From: the human T2T-CHM13v2.0 reference genome, Homo sapiens
Length of the DNA: 64,000 nucleotides
Assembly (NCBI RefSeq): GCF_009914755.1
Contig: NC_060943.1
Reading direction: 5' to 3' (one strand)
The notes beneath the pieces are model-generated. The model searched no databases, was not told the DNA's origin, and saw only the letters and a list, made by a program, of their open reading frames with translations. The position numbers were made by a program, and so were the translations under genes. Below, piece after piece: positions 52,392-64,000 of the stretch. Within the stretch, counting starts at the first letter, position 1. Each line of letters opens with the position of its first letter.

Positions 52392-53380
52392 GGCTGCGGT
52401 GACCCCCCAGAGAGCAGTGTTAGGGGGTCAGTTGGGGCAGATGGCAGATTCAGCTGATTTGAGAGGAGGGGGTAAGAAAATGTAGCTAGAGGGTGCAGCC
52501 CCTGTCAACCTGTGGGCCTGGAGTCCCATGTCTTTGCAGGGTGGGTCCTTACTCTGTCTTGGGCAGCCCTAGGCCCCATGAGACACCAAGCCTGGAGGTT
52601 TGCAGAACCAAACCCCGGTCTAGGAGATGTTGAGCCTCCTTGGAGATCCAGGAACGGGGTTGGCAGTAAGAGGAATAGCACCCCCTGAACTCAGGGCTTC
52701 ACTAATGATGTCCCCAGAGGCAGGAGAGTGGAGGGAAGCTGGGTCCTGTCACCTGGAGGGACACTGGTGTGAGGGCATGGTAAAGAGAGCCCAAGACTGA
52801 ACTGGCCCTTTTCATGACCTGGGGCACATGATTGTGACCTCGTGGGATGACATATCCTAGATTCTGCCACAGCTTTTCTGGGGGGTCTAGGCCTTGAACA
52901 TGTTATGCCATGAGTCATGGGACCAGCCTGAGTCCTGGGGGACCTCGTCTGACCACACCCTACTCCCCAAGTCCCCAGCAGTATCATGAGATCCTTCTTG
53001 TTGTTTGTTAGCCTTGGACAGCTGAAGTCAGGTGACGTCATCAAGAAGAGTGAGGGCATGAGTCCTGGGGAAAGGGGCCTAGGAGCAGGGGCATAGTGTT
53101 TCGAGACTGTGGTCCCAGCTACTCGAGAGGCTAAGGTGGGAGGATTGCTTGAGCCCAGGAGTTCGAGGCTGCAGTGAGCTAGGATTGCGCCACTGCACTG
53201 AGCCCAGGAGTTCGAGGCTGCAGTGAGCTAGGATTGCGCCACTGCACTCCAGCCTGGGCCACAGAACGACACCCTGTCTCCAAAAAAACAGAAAAGGAGC
53301 CTAGGAAGTGAGGATGCTGGGGGCCTAGTGCTGGCTACAATTACCAGTTGCTCCCATGAGGGGGAGCCAGAGGGCACTGT

Positions 53381-53382
<2 letters not shown>

Positions 53383-53428
<46 letters not shown>
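53383..53428. repeat. (GT)n microsatellite in an antisense Alu tail
   Basis: Direct reading. Confidence 0.95.
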
Positions 53429-53429
<1 letters not shown>

Positions 53430-53448
53430 GAAGTCTCTTGTCGCCTAG

Positions 53449-53604
<156 letters not shown>

Positions 53605-53868
53605 TGATCTCCTGACCTCGTGATCTGCCCGTCTCAGCCTCCCAAAGTGCTGGGATTACAGGCGTGAGCCACCGCGTCCGGCCCTAAACCCACATTTTTA
53701 AATGTGAGCAATCCTTGCTGTGTGCAGTGTGCTGGGGATTCATTGCGGAACAAATACAGCACAGGTGCTGCCTTCGCGGCGCTCACTATTTGGTGGGGAC
53801 ACAAATGTTTTCTGAGTTTTGTTTTTTTTTTTTTTTTAGACACAGTCTCAATGTCACCCAGGCTGTAG

Positions 53869-53997
<129 letters not shown>

Positions 53998-54540
53998 TAG
54001 AGATGGGGGTCTCACTGTGTTCCCATACTGGTCTTGAGCTCCTGACCTCAAGTGGTCCTCCCACCTTGGCCTCCCACAGTGCTGGGATTACAGATCTGAC
54101 CGTAGATGTTAAATAATCACACCAGCAAGTGTAAGCATCTGCAGTGACCAAGGGGCGCCATGCAGGAGACACATACAGAAGTGCACGACCCTGTAACCAG
54201 GGGCCCTGACCCAACAAGAGAGATTGAGGAAGGCTTCCTGGAGGAGGGGAGGCCTGGCGGAGACCTGAAGGATGCGCAGGTTGGAGTTAACCATGAAAGG
54301 GGTGGGAAGGGTATTCCGTGCAAATGGAAGAGCCTGTGCTGAGGGAAGCATGAGTGAAAGAGCTGAGGCCAGGGGGCTGAAGTAGGGGAGGGAAGGGAAG
54401 AGAGTGACCTTGGGTTGAGGCTGGAAAGCAGGAAGGGAGCCGATGACGCAGGACCCCGTAGGCTGCTGGGAGGAGTGTGGATTGTCCTCTAAGTGGCATG
54501 AGAAGCCATTGAAGGGTTTTTTGGTTTTTTTTTTTTTTGA

Positions 54541-54744
<204 letters not shown>

Positions 54745-56224
54745 TGACCTCATGATCTACCTGCCTCGGCCTCTTAAAGTGTTGGGATTACAGGCGGCAT
54801 GAGCCACCCCGCCTGGCCCATTGAAGGGTTTTGAGGTCTAATGAGAGTAGCAGTCCCTGATCTCAAGGAAGCTCTGTGGGGAGGAGGATACTGCAATAGT
54901 CCAAGCAGAAGGGTGATCCGGACCAAGTTGGGGCCTGAAGTGGTTGAAGAGAGATTTGAGACGACCTTACTAGAGGCCTCTGCCCCCCACCCAGCAGACA
55001 GTGTGCCCTACTGTACAGCTACCCAGTTCTGCAGCAAGATTGCAGAGATGGGAAGAAGAGTTGTAAGACACTGGGCTCTGATATCCACAGCTCCACCCCT
55101 TAGATGGGGGAGGGACTTCTGTGTAGCATGGGAATGACGGACCTTTTCCAGGCTCAAGTAGCAGGCAGACAGTGGATGGAGGCTGAGAGGCAGTGGGTGG
55201 TCAGGGGGAATGTGGACACAGGAAATGCAGGGCTGGAAGGGGGACACACACTTGGTAGTAGCTTATTACAAATATGGAAGCAGGAAGGATGGGAGGAGGG
55301 CAGACTGGTCCCTCTAGCATGGGTCCCCCATGTTCCCCCACAGCATGCCTGGACCACCCCCACCCGCCTGCAGAAACACACAATCACATGTGTCTAGGAT
55401 TTAAAGTTAAAATTTTGCTTGTCAGCTAGGCACAGTGGCTCATGCCTGTAATCCCAGTGCTTTGAGAGGCCACCCTCAGGGAGGATTGCTTGAGCCCAGG
55501 AGTTCAAGACCAGCCTGTTTTCAACTCCGTGGACCCTGTGAGGCACACTTCACTCTCCCCAGCCCTCTGGATAAAACAGTAGTTCCTTAGGAACTTTAAC
55601 TTCCCCCAAAATGCTGTGGCCTCCCAGGCAACATAGCCATACCCCATCTCTACAAATAATAATAATAATTAGCTTGTCCAACTGCCTAGCTAAGTCCATC
55701 AATTTCCTGAGCTCAGGGAGTACAACTACTTCTACTGTCAATTCCTCATCAATTCCTCATCTGCTTTTGGCCCCACACATTTTTTAGACCAAAGCTCCGG
55801 CTGCTGGAGCATTATCTTGAAGTGACTGTAGACCCAATACCAGGATTCTGCCCTGTCTGTGTACTGCCAGATCCAACCCATGTGTCTTGGGGTGGCTAAA
55901 TCTGACAAAGGCCCTGAGTGTCTGGGGACACCTGTGATCTCCTGCAAGGCTGAGGCTAATGCCACGCTTTTGCAGCTCTTTGCATGGGCACATATGTGAG
56001 AGAATCAGATAAAAGGTGTTCCCAAAAAGGATGTTTGTGTTCAGGGTGGAACCTGACGCCTGCCTCCTGCCTTTGGGTCCTCCCTGATGGCTGTGCCCTC
56101 TCATACCTCGCAAAAGCAAAGATAGGTATCAGTGCTGCCTGTCGTCCTGACCTGTGCGGAGTGACGTTGGGAACATTGTGGTGACCAACACAGCCCTAGC
56201 CCTTGCCCTCAGAGTTCCAGTTCA

Positions 56225-56557
<333 letters not shown>

Positions 56558-56661
56558 TCACAAAACAATGGCATCCCAGAGTGGTCGGGGATGGGGAAAG
56601 AACAGGCAAGAATGATCAGGGCTTTTGCAGAAGCCCAGGGGACTCCCAGAGCCAGAGGGTT

Positions 56662-56697
56662 CTACACTTGATCTTAGCCAAAAGGCCAAGAAGCAAT
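56662..56697 (-). pseudogene. U2 snRNA pseudogene, 5' ~36 nt only
   Basis: Minus strand ATTGCTTCTTGGCCTTTTGGCTAAGATCAAGTGTAG equals the U2 5' end with two CpG-type transitions. Confidence 0.92.
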
Positions 56698-57146
56698 CTG
56701 AAGTTTCTAACTGGGCCTGGGATGGGAGGTGGGGAGACAGTCCAAGATTTCCTGAGGCAGGGCCAGCTTTATGGCAGTGTGACTGTGGGGTTGCACCATG
56801 CCCCAAACTTAGAAGTACCCTATGCTTGCTTTAATGCCCTAGTGTCACTATCTTGAAATTAATAATTTTTGAACAAGGGCCCCACATTTTGATTTTGCAC
56901 TGCGCCCTGCAAATTATGTAGCCAGTCCTGCCCGGAGGAGCGAACACTTGAGGGATTTACAGAGAGAGCCGAGGCAGAGAGGGTCTTCCCAGGAGAGAGA
57001 GCATTGGGTACAAAAGCCAAGAGAGGGCCAGGCGCAGTGGCTCATGCCTGTAATCCCAGCACTTTGGGAGGCTGAAGCGGGCGAATCACCTGAGGTCAGG
57101 AGTTCAAAACCAGCCTGGCAAACATGGCGAAAACCCGTCTCTACTA

Positions 57147-57458
<312 letters not shown>

Positions 57459-57598
57459 TTAGAAAAATCCATCTGGCAGCTGGGCGCAGTAACTCACACC
57501 TGTAATCCCAGCACTTTGGGAGGCCAAGACGGGCGGATCACCTGAGGTCGGGAGTTCGAGACCAGCCTGACCAACATGGAGAAACCCTGTCTCTACTA

Positions 57599-57757
<159 letters not shown>

Positions 57758-58411
57758 TCAAAAAAAAAAAAAAAAAGAAAGAAAGAAAGATCCATCTAGC
57801 TACCATGGGGAGGGTGGATGGGGGCACAAGGCCAGGGAGAAGATGGGGGACTCAGCTGCCTGTGGAAGGAGCTGGGAGTGTGGGTGATTCTGAGGAGGAG
57901 AGGCCAGCATGGGCACGTTTACCAGAACCTTGGGTAATAGACATCCCAGTGCAGGAGACGAGCTGGGAGACCCCAAAACCACGGGATGAACCCAGAGCCT
58001 CATTTTCACTTGCAAATGTTTACCGTGGGTGGCGGGGGATGCAGAAGGGTAGGTTACAGAATGTCACTCACTGGTAAGTACTTGAAAATCTTTTTATATG
58101 AAAACTCGCATGGATAGACTGATGGAGGTGAATGCAAAATTGGCAAGAATTTCGAGTATAAAATGTGAGATTTCAAAGGACTTTCTTCTGGATATGTTCT
58201 GGCTTCAACTCCATAGACCCCCGGGGTGCACTTCACTCTCCCCAGCCCTCTGGGTAAAACAGCAGTTCCTTGGGAACTTCCTCTTCAGCTTCCCCTAAAT
58301 GCTGTGGCCTCGGGGAGCTGGGAATGAGCCCCTTCCTGCCTCTCTACTCACATTCAGGGACATCGACCCCTAACACCTGTTTTTCTTCTCTGTTGGCAAC
58401 CTTCATATTTC

Positions 58412-58444
<33 letters not shown>

Positions 58445-58448
58445 TTGA

Positions 58449-58663
<215 letters not shown>

Positions 58664-59275
58664 TGATCCTCCCGCCTCAGCCTCCCAAAGTGTTGCAATT
58701 ACAGGCCTGAGCCACCTCACCAGGCTACAACCTCCATATTTCCATCCTCAACCCCAGCATCTCTCCTAAGTCCAGACCTGGCTTACCTCAGTTTCCCGGA
58801 CCCCTCTTCCTGGACATCCCCTGGGGCCCCTCACACCCACTGGATCCCACACCCACCTCGGCTTCTTCTCGGACCTATGCCTCCTTCTAGGTCCTGTCTG
58901 GGAGAGCAACCCCCATGCAGCCTCCTGAATGTCCCCCACCTCCCCTTCCTCCCTGCCCCGGCCCCATCCTGGGCTAGTTCTGGCCTCACCCATCTGGGTC
59001 CTTGCACTGGGCTCCTGGCCTCAGTCTCTTCTCTGGTCCAGGATCTTCCTAAAGCCAAACCCTCCTCTGTATAGGCACCCCCATGGCTCCCCAGGGTTCC
59101 TGGGACAGTCTGAGCTCCTCAGCCTCTAGCATCCCAGCCCTTCCCACGCCATCCCTCTTCCCCAGCTCTGTTTCTAGCACATATGTTTGTTCCCCACCTC
59201 AGGCAGGAAGGAAACACTAACCACATCCTCTGCTTGTGATGAAGGAGGATCTTAAGCAAGTGACAGATGAAGCTA

Positions 59276-59972
<697 letters not shown>

Positions 59973-60245
59973 CTAGCTTCCTCCTTCCTCAGGAGTTCAG
60001 GTCTGCAGTCCCCTCCTTCCTCAGGCACAGAAGCCCCATCTCCACTCCCCTCCATCCTCAGAACACAGGCTCCCGGCCCCCTTCCTAGGATCCTCAAGTT
60101 CAAATGAGACTGAAAACTTCTCTCTCGGCCAGGCGTGGTGGCTCACGCCTGTAATCCCAGCACTTTGGGAGGCCGAGGCGGGCAGATCGCGAGGTCAGGA
60201 GATCAAGACCATCCTGGCTAACACGGTGAAACCCTGTCTCTACTA

Positions 60246-60437
<192 letters not shown>

Positions 60438-61181
60438 TCAGCAGGCTCAGGAGTCCTCCCCCTCCCCGCACTGGCCCTGCCACCTCTTTTCTAATTTATC
60501 TATTTATTTTTTATTTTTTTTGAGGCAGAGTCTCGCTATGTCACCCAGGCTGGAGTGCAGTGGCACAATCTCAGCTCACTGCAACCTCTGCCAGGTTCAA
60601 GCAATTCTCCTGCCTCAGCCTTCCAAGTAGCTGGGACTACAGGCACCCGCTACCACGCCAGGCTAATTTTTTTGTATTTTTAGTAGAGATGGGGTTTCAC
60701 CGTCTTAGCCAGGATAGTCTCGATCTCCTGATCTCGTGATCCACCCGCCTCGGCCTCCCAAAGTGCTAGGATTACAGGCGTGAGCCACCGCGCCTGGCCT
60801 TACTTTTTTATTTTTAGAGACTGGGCCTCACTCTGTCACCCAGGCCAGAGTCCAGTGGCACCATCTCAGTTCAGTGCAGCCTTGATCTCCCTGGGTCAAG
60901 CAATCCTCCCACCTCAGCCTCCCAAGTAGCTGGGACCACAGGTGTGTGCCACCACACCCGGCTGTGCCCCTCTTGTCTTAGGATGGTCTTCAGGTCTCAG
61001 CTTCTCCACCTTGCCCCTTCAATCCCTTATTCTGTCTGAGAAACTTACATCCCTCACTCTCTCCAAATACAACCACTTCCTCAATATTCAAAGGGCTTCT
61101 TCCGATGCTGGGCACGGTGGCTCACGCCTGTAATCACAGCACTTTGGGAGGCTGAGGAGGAGGGTGGATCACCTGAAGTCA

Positions 61182-61430
<249 letters not shown>

Positions 61431-61521
61431 CTAGCACTTTGGGAGGCCGAGGTGGGCAGATCACCTGAGGTCAGGAGTTCGAGACCAGCCTGACCAATAT
61501 GGAGAAACCCCATCTCTACTA

Positions 61522-61758
<237 letters not shown>

Positions 61759-62679
61759 TCAGCTTTATTGAGATACAATTCAATGGATTTGAGTATATTC
61801 AGAGTCATGCAACCTAACACCACAAGCTAACTGCAGGATATTTTCATCACCCTGAAAAGAAACCCTACACCCATTAACAGTTAATCCATTCCACCTACAG
61901 CCAGCCTAGGCAACCACTAATCTTTCTGCCTATTCTGGACACTTCATATGAATGGAATCATCACGTGATCTTTTGTGACTGGCTTCTTTCACTTAACGTT
62001 TTCAAGGTTTATCCATGTTTAGCATATATCAGTATATCAGTCCTTCTTTCTTTTCACTGCCAAATAATGTTTATGGGCCTAGGGGTAGAATTGCTAAATC
62101 ACGCGGCAGCTGTGTTTCATTAGTTTGAGGAACTGACAGTCTGTTTCCTGAAGTGGCTGCACCATTTTACATTCCCACCAACAATGTATGAGGGTTCCAA
62201 TTTCTGCACATCTTCACCAACACTTGTTATTATTTCTCTTTTTAATTACAGCCATTCTAGTGAATGTGAAGTGATATCTCATAGTTTTTTGTTTGCTTGT
62301 TTGTTGTTGTTGTTGTTGTTTGGAGACAGAGTCTCACTCTGTCATCCAGGCTGGAGTGCAGTAGGCACAATCACAGCTCACTGCAACCTCCACTTCCTGG
62401 GTTCAAGTGATTCTCCTGCCTCAGCCTCCCGAGTAGCTGAGGCTACAGGCATGCACCACCACACCTGGTTAATTTTTGCATTTTTAGTAGAGATGAGGTT
62501 TCACCATGTTGGCCAGGCTGGTCTCTAACTCCTGATCTCAAATGATCCACCTACCTTGGCCTCCTAAAGTACTGGGATTACAAACGCGAGCCATTGTGCC
62601 CGGCCTCATAGTAGTTTTGATTTACACTTCCCTAATGATTGTGTCCAGCAGCTTTTCATGTGCGAACTGGCCATTTGTT

Positions 62680-63195
62680 AGTGGGTTTTGCTTCTTTTAA
62701 AAACTGCTGAGCCATCCATAAACATTTTCAAAATGCAGGGTATGTTTTTCAGTGTTAAGGCAACTGTTTTGATGTGTTTTCCTTTGCTCTCTATCACCAA
62801 ATACTGTACATACAAATAGTAAGACTGGGCTTTGTGTTGTCCATTGTTAATCCTAAATGCAACAAAACACATGGAGACTTTGAAAATCCTTCAGAATAAT
62901 GCTATAGTTAAGATTTTGCTAAAGCAAGTGTTTTTTCTAACTCCTTGAGCTGCATATTGCCTTGAGTAATCATCATCCGAATTGTATCCTCTTCGGTGGC
63001 ACTTTTGTTTCTTTTGAATTCTTCCCTTGCCCAATCCTTCAGGTATTTGCGATCAGAATCATTTGGAACTTGCTGAATTGTTTGGAAAATCCTTCTGTAG
63101 AGGAGAAGAACTTGTTGCCTTCTGATGAACTGCTTTAACATTAGTGTTGCTGGGGTAAGCGGGAAGTGGCCATGTCTGCCAGCAGTCCGCCGGAG
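62680..63195 (-). pseudogene. Processed retrocopy of LYRM2 (CDS-equivalent 63173..62908, one-base deletion near codon 8)
   Basis: Intronless; LKQFIRRQQVLLLYRRIFQ...KELEKTLALAKS matches LYRM2 as I recall it; ATG to stop spans 266 nt rather than 267. Confidence 0.9.
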
Positions 63196-63284
63196 CCTCA
63201 GCTGGTCTTTTTCCTTCTCTCTTTCTCCATTCCTTACCCTATCTGTCCCTCTCCCCTCGTCCATCTCTTCATCTCACCATAACC

Positions 63285-63583
<299 letters not shown>

Positions 63584-64000
63584 TAACTTTTGTGTATCTT
63601 TCCCTCTCCCACATTTACTCTCTATGCCGATCTCTGTCCCCACCTCCCCATAGCTGTCTTTCCTTTCTCTGTCCCCTCCTTTCTCCACCCAGCACCCCCA
63701 TACTTAGGCCTCTGTATGATCAGTGGCACCAGGTCAGGCTGGAGCCAGTACTAATGGGTACATTTGTGTGTAGACCCAGGGTGGGTGCTGAGGGCCAGGC
63801 CCAGGCACCTAGGACTATAAATGCCCCTGCAATGTGGTTGGCCTCAGCCCTGCTCTGGCAGGTGACCCCCGGGCCCTGGGCTCTGAGGCTGAGCCCTTCT
63901 CTGAGGTCTCCCTTGTGCCCCGTACTGCCCCTGCAGTGGGAGGCCTGGAGGGAAGGCTGGCAGGAGGAACCACACTAACCAGTCTATCTCCCTCTACCCC

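Noticed and set aside
63174-63264. N-terminal part of the 118-aa ORF ahead of the LYRM2 homology
   Set aside because: Low-complexity flank and 5'UTR brought into frame by the one-base deletion; no evidence of an exon or promoter

Overview
Alu-dense primate genomic DNA, almost certainly the human chr19q13.12 locus. It holds the 5' part of NFKBID (minus strand, nine coding exons read here, running off the left edge), the complete tail-to-tail immune adaptor pair HCST/DAP10 (+, 93 aa) and TYROBP/DAP12 (-, 113 aa), and ~25 kb of Alu/L1/LTR/DNA-transposon sequence containing an orphan CpG island. Further right are the complete LRFN3/SALM4 gene (+, 628 aa), a 5' U2 snRNA fragment and a LYRM2 retrocopy. 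Exon boundaries were read by hand from GT/AG sites and give uninterrupted reading frames. The best leads are: (1) a CUG-initiated 142-aa N-terminal extension of NFKBID that contains a half-match to the OCA (POU-coactivator) peptide; (2) three different degenerate tandem arrays in the LRFN3 leader and introns, one of which keeps two reading frames open; (3) a LYRM2 retrocopy whose frameshift is followed by an overlapping TAATG stop-start; (4) a motif-rich orphan CpG island with a strong splice donor; (5) a local sequence copy inserted inside an Alu. I found no evidence for a wholly new multi-gene system. Repeat family names are by eye and approximate.
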